Positions 21,155-31,249 of a stretch of DNA of 64,000 nucleotides are shown one piece after another. Under the pieces are notes generated by a model that had not been told where the DNA came from, made no database searches, and saw nothing but the letters and a program-made list of their open reading frames with translations. The DNA is from a virus, in the IMG/VR virus record IMGVR_UViG_3300032236_001503, positions 99,238 to 163,237 of that record. One strand, 5' to 3'. Numbering within the stretch: position 1 is the first letter of the stretch; each line of letters begins with the position of its first letter. Both the position numbers and the translations under genes were made by a program.

Positions 21155-21720
21155 AAAATATTTGGATTTGTGATACGATTATAGACTATATCAACTGCCC
21201 TGTCAACTGTCATTTTACCATAAGCTGTTGATCTCGGATGTATTCTTACTTCAGGAAATTCTGGTACTTCATAAGGTGAATCAATTCCGGTAAAATCTTT
21301 AATCTCACCTGCACGAGCTTTTTTATATAAACCTTTAGGATCTCTCTCTTCGCATATTTCTAACGGCGTATCCATATAAACTTCTATAAATCTAGCGTTA
21401 CAATATTTTGTAAGAATATCTCTAGCAATATCCCTCATTTCTTTTAATGGTGAAATTAGAGCAACAATTACAACTTCTGTTTTTTGAAATTGAAACATAT
21501 TACTTGCCATGTAAACTACATTATTAACAAATTGTTTTCTATCCTCTATAGTGAAACCATAATCTCTTCCCTTATTTTCTTTTAAATATTTTCTAACGTC
21601 ATCACCATCCAAAACACCAATTTTCACTCCATCGGCTTTTAAACGAGCTTCTAAAGCTTTAGCAACTGTTGTTTTACCGGAACCCGATAATCCAGTTAAC
21701 CATATGACTGCCTTCTCCAT
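21151..21720 (-). CDS. cysC: Adenylyl-sulfate (APS) kinase
   Basis: WLTGLSGSGKTT, LDGD.VR, ISP, RDPKGLY.KARAGEIKDFTGIDSPYE; GGAGG before ATG 21720. Confidence 0.97.
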   Translation of the reverse strand: MEKAVIWLTGLSGSGKTTVAKALEARLKADGVKIGVLDGDDVRKYLKENKGRDYGFTIEDRKQFVNNVVYMASNMFQFQKTEVVIVALISPLKEMRDIARDILTKYCNARFIEVYMDTPLEICEERDPKGLYKKARAGEIKDFTGIDSPYEVPEFPEVRIHPRSTAYGKMTVDRAVDIVYNRITNPNIL

Positions 21721-21721
21721 A

Positions 21722-22057
21722 TTATCCTCCAAGTCTACTATCAAAATCTGCTTGTTCACCAGCTTCGCAGACAGTCTCCCACAAAGAATCAATAGTGTGA
21801 CAAATTTCTACTTTCTTTCTCCCAACTTTTTTATAAGCTTTATTTTTTTTACCACTGAGACCTTCCCTTTCATATAGATACCAATCAATCCATCCCAATT
21901 GATCTGGGTTGAATGATGCCTTGAATAATTCATCAATTGCATGTTCATAGTTCTCATCATATTGCATGAGATCGACACCAAGTTTGTAGAGTTCATGAGA
22001 TCTCTTACGTGCAACCTGAAGGTTTAAGATAATCTTTTCGAATGAATGTTTTGTCAT
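21722..22057 (-). CDS. Hypothetical protein
   Basis: WIDWYLYE...TIDSLWE pattern typical of phage ORFs. Confidence 0.55.
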   Translation of the reverse strand: MTKHSFEKIILNLQVARKRSHELYKLGVDLMQYDENYEHAIDELFKASFNPDQLGWIDWYLYEREGLSGKKNKAYKKVGRKKVEICHTIDSLWETVCEAGEQADFDSRLGG

Positions 22058-22284
22058 TTGTCTAAATTTAAATTTTGCTCATCGATAAGTTGCCAAAGCT
22101 CATCTCTTACTAGTTGAAAAGTATCAATGTCGGCTTGTGGCATTTCATCACTAGCATATTTGATACTATTTCTCAAGTATTGATCTAAGTTCCAAAGAAT
22201 GGAATAATACTTTCCAGCATTAGTAGCAGTTTCGAATTCATCCTGCTCTTCTGGTAAATTAAATTCTAGGATTGCTTTTGGCAT
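22054..22284 (-). CDS. Conserved phage hypothetical protein
   Basis: MPKAILEFNLPEE...LDQYLR..KY; start set at 22284. Confidence 0.65.
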   Translation of the reverse strand: MPKAILEFNLPEEQDEFETATNAGKYYSILWNLDQYLRNSIKYASDEMPQADIDTFQLVRDELWQLIDEQNLNLDK

Positions 22285-22285
22285 A

Positions 22286-22846
22286 TTATATATTTTTTTT
22301 AATTTGTGGAAACCACCTATAATCAAAAACCCAATTAGCCTTTCCGTTTCCCTTTGTATCATTTATACGATTTTGTAAAATATGTTTTTTTGCTTTATTT
22401 TCAGATATAAGCTCAAGAATATGATGCATGCTTGTTATTCTAATTTCTCTATCTTCCATCCAATCGTTATACATGATATCAAACACTAAAATAAAATAAG
22501 GATAATTTTTATATCTTTGAACATCTTTATCATTCATTGTAATTGCATATCTGCTTTCGATATTATATAAATCAAATGCTTTATAAAAAGGTGTTCTAAT
22601 TGTTTTTAAATCTGAAGGGAATGCAGTCCATATATCATGAGTATAAGGATTAGTTTCCTTTTCTTTATTTTTCTTAATTATAATATTATAATTTTTAGCA
22701 TGATTATCAAGAAAATCTTTTTCTTGATCTTCACCAAATTTACACCATGCTTTTTTATCTTCTACATCTTTGGCGGGATTATAAATTCCATTAAAAATAG
22801 GTTGATTATTTTTATTCCAAGGTTTAACTTCATATTTATTACTCAT
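22286..22846 (-). CDS. Hypothetical protein, possible PD-(D/E)xK nuclease
   Basis: E..F, D...SDLKT pattern. Confidence 0.5.
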   Translation of the reverse strand: MSNKYEVKPWNKNNQPIFNGIYNPAKDVEDKKAWCKFGEDQEKDFLDNHAKNYNIIIKKNKEKETNPYTHDIWTAFPSDLKTIRTPFYKAFDLYNIESRYAITMNDKDVQRYKNYPYFILVFDIMYNDWMEDREIRITSMHHILELISENKAKKHILQNRINDTKGNGKANWVFDYRWFPQIKKNI

Positions 22847-22853
22847 ATTAATA

Positions 22854-23639
22854 TTATAATTTTGTTGAACACTCTTTAATAATATTCTTACAGGTATTAA
22901 TATAATCGGATTCCATTTCGATTATATTAATATTATCTTCAAATAGAATAAATGGTGAGTGAGTTGAAATAATGATTTGAAATTTGTCTTGAAAACTCTT
23001 AAGAAGTCTAAACAATTCAATTTGCTTTGGAATTGAAAGTGACTTCTCTGGTTCATCAAGAAGAATAGTAACTTTACCATTACGAGGAAGAGAACGAATG
23101 TATTGAACTTCCATTTGTTCAAATCTGTTACCGGGATTTGGCGTAGTTAAAGTAAAATCAGGTGGATTCATTGCGATGTTAAAAATCTTATTTAACTTTT
23201 GCATACGAGTCTGACCAGAAGACGGTCTTCTTGCCATATAATCCATCTGCTCTGCTGGTGAAGTCAATCCTTCTTGAGCTAGGATATCTTTATTGTAAAA
23301 CCATGCCATATCATCAATACGAAGATCACTATCATTATAAAAGGTAGGAGTTCCATCCCATTCAACAATGGTATCACATTCTTTAGTCGGGGTTAATGCA
23401 CGATAAACCATCGGGAAGTTTTTAACTCCACCAACACCTAATGACATGTAGTTACTGATCTTACTCCAGCCACCATGTTCAATTGCACAATAAGCTTTGA
23501 TACATTTCATGAGTGTGGATTTACCACAACCATTACTACCAAATAATACGTTAAATCCATCATTAAATTGGAATACTCTGTCCTTTAGACAAACCAATTC
23601 TGATGCGAACCCTTTTAATACTTTTACTCTATTAATCAT
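22854..23639 (-). CDS. ABC/AAA_21-type ATPase
   Basis: GSNGCGKST, SSGQ, LLDEPE, STHSP. Confidence 0.85.
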   Translation of the reverse strand: MINRVKVLKGFASELVCLKDRVFQFNDGFNVLFGSNGCGKSTLMKCIKAYCAIEHGGWSKISNYMSLGVGGVKNFPMVYRALTPTKECDTIVEWDGTPTFYNDSDLRIDDMAWFYNKDILAQEGLTSPAEQMDYMARRPSSGQTRMQKLNKIFNIAMNPPDFTLTTPNPGNRFEQMEVQYIRSLPRNGKVTILLDEPEKSLSIPKQIELFRLLKSFQDKFQIIISTHSPFILFEDNINIIEMESDYINTCKNIIKECSTKL

Positions 23640-24208
23640 GACTTTTTATTTATATTAACTTGTGAATTAATCAATTTCAATTCTTCAACTTGCTTTTCAA
23701 GTTTTACAACTCTTAAAGCTAAATCCGAAGTTGCTTGCTCCCAAGTGGTATCTACACTATATCCACCCCAATGTATAGGATATATTGGATGTTTTTGTAA
23801 TCTTACATCACCACAATCCTTTGGTGGAAAAATCTTTAATGAGTTATTTTCATTTTTAACATCTTGCAGATCCTTTTTTAGTTTATCAATTGTTTCCTTT
23901 GCTCCATCGATTATCTTATGAAGAGCCTTGATTTGAAGCTCTAGCTTTTGATTTAATTCACCAACTGGTTCACATGCATAACAAGAGCCTTGATAACCAT
24001 CTCTATATTTTGCAAGCATTTCCATTAGATCAACATTCTCTTGCTTAAGATGTCTGAGATCTTTAATCTCTTTCATAAGCTCGTCAATAATTTCTTGTTG
24101 TTCCTGTAGATAACCAACTGGTTCCCAATCTGTAGTAGGAAACGGAGATAATCCATTATCTTCTAAAATTTCATCAACACTTTTTTTTGGGGGAAATAAA
24201 TTGAACAT
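23636..24208 (-). CDS. Coiled-coil hypothetical protein
   Basis: Heptad pattern; sigma70 promoter directly upstream. Confidence 0.55.
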   Translation of the reverse strand: MFNLFPPKKSVDEILEDNGLSPFPTTDWEPVGYLQEQQEIIDELMKEIKDLRHLKQENVDLMEMLAKYRDGYQGSCYACEPVGELNQKLELQIKALHKIIDGAKETIDKLKKDLQDVKNENNSLKIFPPKDCGDVRLQKHPIYPIHWGGYSVDTTWEQATSDLALRVVKLEKQVEELKLINSQVNINKKS

Positions 24209-24214
24209 AACACT

Positions 24215-24242
24215 ATGATAGATGAAATTATATGGATGTCAA
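24215..24242 (-). promoter_or_regulatory. Sigma70-type promoter, apparently leaderless
   Basis: TTGACA-N16-TATCAT-N6-ATG. Confidence 0.75.
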
Positions 24243-24415
24243 ATAAATAATTCTATGCAACAGAGAATTGGTAAAACTGGAAAAAAACATGACACAATCG
24301 AACATTGGTTAGGGCATCACAATCGAAAGTTTGAAATGCTTAGAACAATCACTAGTCTCATTAGTGCCGTTGCTTCTACAATCGTATTATTAAAACTTTT
24401 TAATGTTATATAATA

Positions 24416-24907
24416 TTAACGATAAAAAAGATACATTTTTTTATCATTTTCATATATAAATGTAAAGTATTTATAATTTATGGTATGAGCCAAAGTTGAT
24501 ACCATTTTATCATAGAGCTTAACTCTGGATGGTTCAATAGCCATAATTCTGGCAAATTTTGGATTAAATTTATCAGCAAAATCTTTTAATCTAGCAAAAA
24601 CATTACTAAAAACTTCTACTGATTCACCAGAACCTGTTACACCATAAGATGCTTCATTACCTTTTTCTTCAAATACGATATTCCATACCAATTCATTTGG
24701 ATGATTTAATACCATATCGTTTAAATCATCTGGTGGAACCGATCCATCATTAACAATAAACATAAATTTTTTTATATTCGTGGGATCTGATTCTATGTAA
24801 ACTCTGTATTCTTTATTATTTTTTGTTATAAAATCCGAAAAGAATTCACCAGCACGAGAACCTTCTTGCCAGTTTATATCCACATCTATGTTAGTAATAT
24901 CAAACAT
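24416..24907 (-). CDS. Hypothetical protein
   Basis: GVTGSGE..EVF..V...SRVKLY pattern seen in T4-like ORFs. Confidence 0.55.
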   Translation of the reverse strand: MFDITNIDVDINWQEGSRAGEFFSDFITKNNKEYRVYIESDPTNIKKFMFIVNDGSVPPDDLNDMVLNHPNELVWNIVFEEKGNEASYGVTGSGESVEVFSNVFARLKDFADKFNPKFARIMAIEPSRVKLYDKMVSTLAHTINYKYFTFIYENDKKMYLFYR

Positions 24908-24928
24908 TAATATAATTAGTTATTTGAT

Positions 24929-25288
24929 TTATATTTCAAGAACTCTATTTTTAATTTCTCCAAGCTGTTTTTTATCATACCTTGCGTGTCTATCACAAGC
25001 ATATTGAATATCATCATCAGGCATTTCCAGATAAAAATTAATCTCTTCGATTATGGTTTCCTTTAAAAGGCGAATCATTTCTAATTCTGCTTCTTCGTAT
25101 GTGTTCCATATGGTATCTTCATATCTGTGGTTTATATAACCTTTATGCTCGACAATATATTCGATTGAATCACCATAAAAATAATGAGAATAGATATAAA
25201 AATGACAATCTCTATCTTTATGATATTCACTCGTAATAAGGTTATACCATATTGTATTAAGCGTTATTATTTTTTGATTATTTGTCAT
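24929..25288 (-). CDS. Hypothetical protein
   Basis: HKDRDCHFYI motif; start set at 25288. Confidence 0.55.
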   Translation of the reverse strand: MTNNQKIITLNTIWYNLITSEYHKDRDCHFYIYSHYFYGDSIEYIVEHKGYINHRYEDTIWNTYEEAELEMIRLLKETIIEEINFYLEMPDDDIQYACDRHARYDKKQLGEIKNRVLEI

Positions 25289-25859
25289 ATATTTTAGTTC
25301 CTTCTTCGTAATCTTTAAATAAATGTCCATTTTTATCTTTGTCGGAAAGAATAGGTACTCTATCACCAATACCAAATTGCCCTAATTGCCAATCAATTTT
25401 TAAATCGGGATCATTCCACATAAGCGTTCTTTCATATTCAGGATACCTATAATCAGATACAAGATAATTAAATCCACCTTCAATTGATTTTACCATAAAC
25501 CCATGAGCGCATCCTGCTGGTATATAGAGAAGGGTTCCTCTATTTAAAACATCAAACTTATAAGAATCCCACATACCAAATGTAGGCGAATTTTTTCTTA
25601 AATCAACAAACACATCAAGTATGATACCACTATTAACCCACACTAATTTGGCTTGTGGGTGTTCAATTTGATAATGCAATCCTCTTAAAACATTCTCATT
25701 TGATTTACTTTTATTCATTTGAACGAAGTCATGATGAATACCCAATAACTCACTAAAATCATTGGAATTCCACATTTCGGAAAATGATCCTCTATCATCT
25801 TCAAAGACTTTAGGTTCAATAATCCAAGCCCCTTCTATTTTTGTTTTTGTAAATTTCAC
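25278..25859 (-). CDS. rmlC: dTDP-4-dehydrorhamnose 3,5-epimerase
   Basis: DDRGSFSE, FVQ.N.S.S...LRGLHYQ, VDLR..SPTFG.W, P.GCAHGF, WNDP. Confidence 0.97.
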   Translation of the reverse strand: MKFTKTKIEGAWIIEPKVFEDDRGSFSEMWNSNDFSELLGIHHDFVQMNKSKSNENVLRGLHYQIEHPQAKLVWVNSGIILDVFVDLRKNSPTFGMWDSYKFDVLNRGTLLYIPAGCAHGFMVKSIEGGFNYLVSDYRYPEYERTLMWNDPDLKIDWQLGQFGIGDRVPILSDKDKNGHLFKDYEEGTKIYDK

Positions 25860-26335
25860 CTCTTTATAAGTTCTGGTGAATATTGTGGAATCAAAGATGG
25901 TGGTTCCGGTTGACCTTTAAGACCTTCTTGATGCGCTGTCCTCCTTCTCAAATCACTGGAAGAAAAATCATGTTTACGAGTATGATAATAAATTTCAATT
26001 CCGTGATCAATACAGTATTGCTTACCAGTAAAATCACGATCCTTATATTCCTCAGAAAGAAAACGAATATGCATCGTTTGAGTCATAATCATTTGAAGAA
26101 GATCATACTCAGTTGAATACACTAAAATCTCATCCACATATTTGCAACCTTGAAGTTGAACATATCTCTCATAGATAGATTGAATTGGTTTGTTTTTAAT
26201 ACCGGGTCTATCAATAGTAGGATCAACTTGAAGAGCAACCTTCAAGTAATCACACATTTCCTTTTCTTGTTTAAGCATCGTGACATGACCTGCGTGAAGT
26301 AAATCAAATGACGAGCAGTTGAATCCTATTTTCAT
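25856..26335 (-). CDS. Cytidylyltransferase (TagD/glycerol-3-phosphate CT-like)
   Basis: FDLLHAGH, KNKP, CKYVDE, FSSSDLR. Confidence 0.9.
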   Translation of the reverse strand: MKIGFNCSSFDLLHAGHVTMLKQEKEMCDYLKVALQVDPTIDRPGIKNKPIQSIYERYVQLQGCKYVDEILVYSTEYDLLQMIMTQTMHIRFLSEEYKDRDFTGKQYCIDHGIEIYYHTRKHDFSSSDLRRRTAHQEGLKGQPEPPSLIPQYSPELIKR

Positions 26336-26336
26336 A

Positions 26337-26804
26337 TTAATATCCCATATTAAGCTCTTGCGCTTGCTTTGTCAATTCATCTAAAACATTTGCACGAGAA
26401 TCTTTAATGCATGGTGTAATTTCACTTTGAACTATTTCTGGAAATTCACGACCAAGCATTGGTATTATAACTTTTGGTATAGATGTGTGATCCGCAATTA
26501 TATCTTGAAGAACTTGAATAGCAGCATCTTTTTGTTTACATGATAGTTCAAGTTCTTTGATCTCTTCTTCCAATAATGAAATTTTTTTATTTGCTTTTTG
26601 TAGTTTCAAATCGGATTCAAGACCATCAAGATAAAAATTATTTTTCTTTTGAATTTCAATACAACATCTTGTTTGCGCATCATACATATTCTCTTCCCAC
26701 CCACAGAGATATTGCATCTTACCAGATAATGTAACCAATTCTTGTTCAGAACCGCAGTGTGGACACTGTGAATGAGTTTTATTTTCCATAGTTTTCAAGA
26801 CCAA
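26337..26804 (-). CDS. Hypothetical protein (Zn ribbon plus coiled coil)
   Basis: CPHCG; C-terminal LDELTKQAQELNMGY. Confidence 0.55.
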   Translation of the reverse strand: MVLKTMENKTHSQCPHCGSEQELVTLSGKMQYLCGWEENMYDAQTRCCIEIQKKNNFYLDGLESDLKLQKANKKISLLEEEIKELELSCKQKDAAIQVLQDIIADHTSIPKVIIPMLGREFPEIVQSEITPCIKDSRANVLDELTKQAQELNMGY

Positions 26805-27369
26805 AGACTTCTAATTCAATAGCCCCAAGCTCCATAGGAGTATAGTTGATATGCTCACAAGAAACACAGAAGTATCTTGGATCAATTTCTTGTTTGTATA
26901 TTATTTCTCCACATGAATCATCTGAGTTTGGATATGCTACAGAATGATATACTTTCTTATCATGAATATGACCATGAACGTTTATCTTATGAGCATTACC
27001 AAAAGTACTAGGATGCACAGGGATATGGCTCATGATAATACCATTATCCAAGCGATGAGTTCCACGAATATCTTTGAAATACTTCGCATACTCTTTCATC
27101 TCGTAAATGTCATGATTTCCTTTGATAAGGATTTTTTTACCATTGAGTTTACCAAAGTTAGCAATGTCTTTCTTTTTCTGAGCCACATCACCAAGAATAT
27201 ATACTTTGTCACTTGGATGAGTGACTACTTTATTCCAATTCTCAATCAAAGCAGCATCATGCTCTTCTACACTCTTAAACGGGCGTATAGGATGTCCATC
27301 CTCTTTAATGAGGCTGCACATATCAGAATCCCCGAAATGGAGATCAGCTATGAGGAATACATTTTTCAT
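26779..27369 (-). CDS. Calcineurin-like metallophosphoesterase
   Basis: DLH, WN, LGD, GNHD, SHIP, HGHIH. Confidence 0.92.
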   Translation of the reverse strand: MKNVFLIADLHFGDSDMCSLIKEDGHPIRPFKSVEEHDAALIENWNKVVTHPSDKVYILGDVAQKKKDIANFGKLNGKKILIKGNHDIYEMKEYAKYFKDIRGTHRLDNGIIMSHIPVHPSTFGNAHKINVHGHIHDKKVYHSVAYPNSDDSCGEIIYKQEIDPRYFCVSCEHINYTPMELGAIELEVFGLENYGK

Positions 27370-27611
27370 TCAAGCATCTTAACAGCATCTCTATATGCTG
27401 TCAATGCTTTTATAATAGAATCAAGCTCATCGTTTTCAAAAGTCATGAATCTTTTTGGAGAACGATCAGCATCTAAATGACTAGAACATATATCAGTTGT
27501 AAACATCTCAGTCCACTCGTAGTTATCTGGTGATTGCCTGAATGTTACAAAAAAATCTTCCAGTTTTACATTTACTTGTACGCTTGTATTTTCGTTTTTC
27601 ATATATTCCAA
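27366..27611 (-). CDS. Hypothetical protein
   Basis: ORF overlapping its neighbours in the operon. Confidence 0.5.
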   Translation of the reverse strand: MEYMKNENTSVQVNVKLEDFFVTFRQSPDNYEWTEMFTTDICSSHLDADRSPKRFMTFENDELDSIIKALTAYRDAVKMLE

Positions 27612-27889
27612 GTTTCTCTATATCCAGAATGACCACAATCATCACATGAGCTTTCATCAAACTTTGTATCATCGGATTGAAAACATTCTACTAAATCTTT
27701 AAACGAGCAAGTACCATTCTTGATTCCTTCTTTAAGTTTTACAAGAAGATAATCCAGAAGTTCATCATCTTCTTCGGGTTGCTTAACACCTTCTTCTACT
27801 TCTCCGCTTCTCCATACATCATTAATAGAGAATCCCCAGTTATAACAGGACATCTCATCATATACAATTTTATATTTTGGTTCATTCAT
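27599..27889 (-). CDS. Hypothetical protein
   Basis: C-terminal CDDCG. Confidence 0.5.
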   Translation of the reverse strand: MNEPKYKIVYDEMSCYNWGFSINDVWRSGEVEEGVKQPEEDDELLDYLLVKLKEGIKNGTCSFKDLVECFQSDDTKFDESSCDDCGHSGYRETWNI

Positions 27890-28116
27890 TTGTTTTTTTC
27901 TTTCTTTTTCTTTTCTATTAATTCTTTAAAGGATGAAACATTATTTTCATAATACAATTCTTCTAATCCTTGCTTGACACCTTGGATAAATCCACTCACT
28001 AACCAAGAAGCAAAGGTTAATATGAAAACAATTATTCCCAATGCCAATGTGCCAAGAATAATTGCAGCTGATATTTTTATAATTTCTAGTGACATGTTAT
28101 TAATAAAGATAATCAA
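27886..28116 (-). CDS. Small membrane protein
   Basis: One long hydrophobic segment. Confidence 0.5.
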   Translation of the reverse strand: MIIFINNMSLEIIKISAAIILGTLALGIIVFILTFASWLVSGFIQGVKQGLEELYYENNVSSFKELIEKKKKEKNK

Positions 28117-28230
28117 TTAATGCAGATATGATAAACCAAATTCCAAATATAAAACACCCAACAATTAAAATAGATAGAAATAAAGATAAAAGGGTTACTA
28201 AAGTAATTCTAATAAATTGAAATAAAGTTA

Positions 28231-29064
28231 TCATAGATCTTTATAAATGCTATCATATGCACCAATACTATTCAAAGCTTTTTTTCTTCTTTTTTCTTGT
28301 GCGACTAAATAAAAGTTCGCAAGCCCCGTATCAATAGCTGCACAACTTCCATCTTCATCAATCTCAAGAACTTGGGTTAATCCACAATCGATATTGGCAT
28401 TAATACCACCATTCTCATACCATATAGTAACTTTATTCATCGTTGGAGTATGTCCAAAAACTTGTTTTAATCCTCTTGTAACATGACCCTCTCTAAAATC
28501 ATCACACCAGAGGATACCACCAACACTCCGCATACCACCACGACAACGACCAACCGCACCAATAGTTTCATTCCAAGTACGATTCAAATAATCATCAGTA
28601 GCCTTTGCAAGCTTGTCTAGAATAACTTCGTTACTCATACCTTTGATTGGATGCTCAAACCAATGAGGATGAATACCAGCGTGAGTAAACCAAAAACCAT
28701 TACCATAATGAGCAAATTTGATTTTATCCCAATCCTTTGCTTCCATGACACGATTAATGGCATCATCCTTTTTTAAATCATAACCAGAACAATTATAGAT
28801 ATTCTGAAGACTACCATTAGAATCTTTCGTGTAGTTTAGATATGAATAATTAATATCATGATTACCCATCAAATGAATACGATTGGGTTTATCAAGCGAT
28901 TCCTTAAGCCAACGGGCAGTTTGTATCGCATCTTGGGCAGTATCTCCAAAATCATCAAAATAATCACCAGTAAAAACAACAATATGGGTCTTATCATATA
29001 AAGAGGCAATCTCTTCAGCCTCAACCCAATGATTATGGATATCTCCAATTGCTATAATGTTCAT
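28231..29064 (-). CDS. Metallophosphoesterase (Ser/Thr phosphatase-like)
   Basis: GDIH, GDYFD, GNHD, THAG, W.D, GHT. Confidence 0.92.
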   Translation of the reverse strand: MNIIAIGDIHNHWVEAEEIASLYDKTHIVVFTGDYFDDFGDTAQDAIQTARWLKESLDKPNRIHLMGNHDINYSYLNYTKDSNGSLQNIYNCSGYDLKKDDAINRVMEAKDWDKIKFAHYGNGFWFTHAGIHPHWFEHPIKGMSNEVILDKLAKATDDYLNRTWNETIGAVGRCRGGMRSVGGILWCDDFREGHVTRGLKQVFGHTPTMNKVTIWYENGGINANIDCGLTQVLEIDEDGSCAAIDTGLANFYLVAQEKRRKKALNSIGAYDSIYKDL

Positions 29065-29070
29065 ATTTTT

Positions 29071-29099
29071 ATGATAGATGTTTTTTTTTTAAATGTCAA
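29071..29099 (-). promoter_or_regulatory. Sigma70-type promoter, apparently leaderless
   Basis: TTGACA-N17-TATCAT-N6-ATG. Confidence 0.75.
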
Positions 29100-29102
29100 C
29101 AA

Positions 29103-29399
29103 TTATCTACGATAGCAACCACCATATCCACCCCAACCGTATCCACGATAACACCCATACCCATATCCGTAACCACCCCAACCGTATCCACGATATCCAC
29201 CCCAACCATACCCATAACCATAATAAGGATAACTATACCCATAACCATAATAAGGATAACTATATCCATAGCCGTAATATGGGTACGAATACCCATAACT
29301 TACAGCTGGTGTAGATACTACATAATCACCATTAACGGTACACCCAATAAGAAAAATACACCCCAGAATAATAGCAATGTACTTAATCATATTAAGCAA
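29103..29399 (-). CDS. Gly/Tyr-rich putative lipoprotein
   Basis: Signal peptide with LIGC lipobox; (YGYSYPYYG)x3 and GWGGY x3. Confidence 0.65.
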   Translation of the reverse strand: MLNMIKYIAIILGCIFLIGCTVNGDYVVSTPAVSYGYSYPYYGYGYSYPYYGYGYSYPYYGYGYGWGGYRGYGWGGYGYGYGCYRGYGWGGYGGCYRR

Positions 29400-30027
29400 T
29401 GTTGCGATTAATCCACAAATCTAATTGTGATAATTTATTTCCAAATTTTCTAAAAAATTTACCAATAGCAAACCAAAAAAATCTCCAATAACCGAATGTA
29501 GATACTCTTAAAGCTTTTCTGATTCTAGTAGAAAGTTTTGCTTCTTCTTCAGCAAGTCTCCTTTCCCATTCATCATTATTTTTTTTTATGTCATTTGCGG
29601 TTTGAGAAAGACGAATTACAACTTTCTTTAGTTTTCCTTGTAGTTTTCCATTTACAAACTTACCGGAAAACTCAACCCACCATTCATTACCCTCCGTATC
29701 AAAAACGCCATCATAAAAACAAATATCACCAGTATGCTTATAGATTTTAGTCTTTCTGGATTTTTCAACAAATTTATGGGGCCAACAAAAATTTCCTCTT
29801 TTTCTGATTTTATCCTCTTCCTTCTTTGTCATGGTGCGAACCCAATCACCATCAACTATTGTTGTGGCAAGAGTTCCATTTTTCCTAATAGTATAAGTTG
29901 ATAGTGTGCAATCCAAATCCTTAGATTGAAAAACTTGTTCATCCCAATTTACATTGGAAAACTTTACCTTATCTTTCTTATTAAGAGGAAGAGGCATTTG
30001 GCATTTAATTGAATCGAACATTCCCAA
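29392..30027 (-). CDS. Conserved phage hypothetical protein (MGMFD..C...FQSKDL family)
   Basis: TTG start preceded by AAGGAGG; typical N-terminus. Confidence 0.65.
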   Translation of the reverse strand: MGMFDSIKCQMPLPLNKKDKVKFSNVNWDEQVFQSKDLDCTLSTYTIRKNGTLATTIVDGDWVRTMTKKEEDKIRKRGNFCWPHKFVEKSRKTKIYKHTGDICFYDGVFDTEGNEWWVEFSGKFVNGKLQGKLKKVVIRLSQTANDIKKNNDEWERRLAEEEAKLSTRIRKALRVSTFGYWRFFWFAIGKFFRKFGNKLSQLDLWINRNIA

Positions 30028-30074
30028 AATTACCTCCTTGTCCCATTTGGGACTGTTTGATTGTAAGTATTATT

Positions 30075-30710
30075 ATGAATCATATTTATATATTATACCG
30101 AATCATAAATAAAGTCAACAATAAATTTTATATTGGTGTTCACAAAACAAAAGATATTAATGATGATTATTATGGTTCTGGACATTCAATTAAAGCAGCA
30201 ATCGAAAAATATGGCAAGGAAAATTTTACAAAAGAAATTCTTCATATTTTTACAAATGCAAAAAAAGCATTTAAGAAAGAAAAAGAAATAGTTAATGAAG
30301 AATTAATTAAAAATAAAAATTGTTATAATCTTAAAGAAGGTGGTCATGGTGGATTTGATCATATAAGAAAAACTGGTTTACATAAATCTTCTAAAGGTAG
30401 AAAAATAATACATAAAGATGATCAACAAACGAAAGTTAAACCCGAAGATTTAGAAAAATATTTAAAAGAAGGTTGGAAACTTGGATTTAGACCAAGTGCA
30501 TTGAAACGTATGTCAGAATCAGGAAAAATAAAAATTCAATCGGAAGAACAAAAAAGAAAAAATTCAGAAACCAAAAAAGGTTGTATCAGAATGTTAAATC
30601 CAATTACAAATAAAATGAAATTTGTTAAAAGGGGATTAGTTGATGAATTTTTAAATAAAGGTTGGTCTTTTTATAAATTAAAAAGAAATCAACGGTTATC
30701 CTTCAAGTAA
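30075..30710 (+). CDS. GIY-YIG homing endonuclease (Seg-like)
   Basis: ILYRIIN.VNNKFYIGVH, YYGSG, KYG.ENF.KE, YNL..GG; inserted antisense to its neighbours; TAAGTA upstream. Confidence 0.9.
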   Translation: MNHIYILYRIINKVNNKFYIGVHKTKDINDDYYGSGHSIKAAIEKYGKENFTKEILHIFTNAKKAFKKEKEIVNEELIKNKNCYNLKEGGHGGFDHIRKTGLHKSSKGRKIIHKDDQQTKVKPEDLEKYLKEGWKLGFRPSALKRMSESGKIKIQSEEQKRKNSETKKGCIRMLNPITNKMKFVKRGLVDEFLNKGWSFYKLKRNQRLSFK

Positions 30711-31207
30711 ACACAAACTTTAAATTTACGAAGTTTTTCTAAAACAGGTGGAGCAAAAATCAAATCCTTTACCTTTCTTGATAGCATAATCTCAACCTTT
30801 GAATTTTTTTCATCAACCTTTGCGCCTATAAAATGATCTTGATCCGTTACCTTAGTAAATAAGGGATCTTCTTTTTGAAATGTCCAACTATCACCATACC
30901 TATTAGCAGATTCTAAATCTTGGGATTTAACATGAATTTTATATCCTTCACATTTCAAATCTGCATCAAAACTTTTTCTGTTCTTGTTATAAATTTTTAA
31001 ATCCGGTGGTGTAAGATTATCCAATCCCTTTTCTTTTAAAATATAATAGACAGCAAACTCTGCCATTTTTCCAATACGGATATCTTTTTTTATCTTTTCA
31101 ATATTCGTTTGATTTCTACTAGCGTATTCATCTTTGTTGGTTGGGCAACATTGTTCAGCAAAATCATTACAGATTTTTACAATATCATCATTTAAAATAA
31201 AAGCCAT
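30689..31207 (-). CDS. Hypothetical protein, restriction-fold-like nuclease
   Basis: GKMAEFAV, PD, DADL...IHVKS. Confidence 0.5.
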   Translation of the reverse strand: MAFILNDDIVKICNDFAEQCCPTNKDEYASRNQTNIEKIKKDIRIGKMAEFAVYYILKEKGLDNLTPPDLKIYNKNRKSFDADLKCEGYKIHVKSQDLESANRYGDSWTFQKEDPLFTKVTDQDHFIGAKVDEKNSKVEIMLSRKVKDLIFAPPVLEKLRKFKVCVYLKDNR

Positions 31208-31249
31208 TTTTTAATATTATGATATTTTATTTTTTTGTCAAGTATAATA

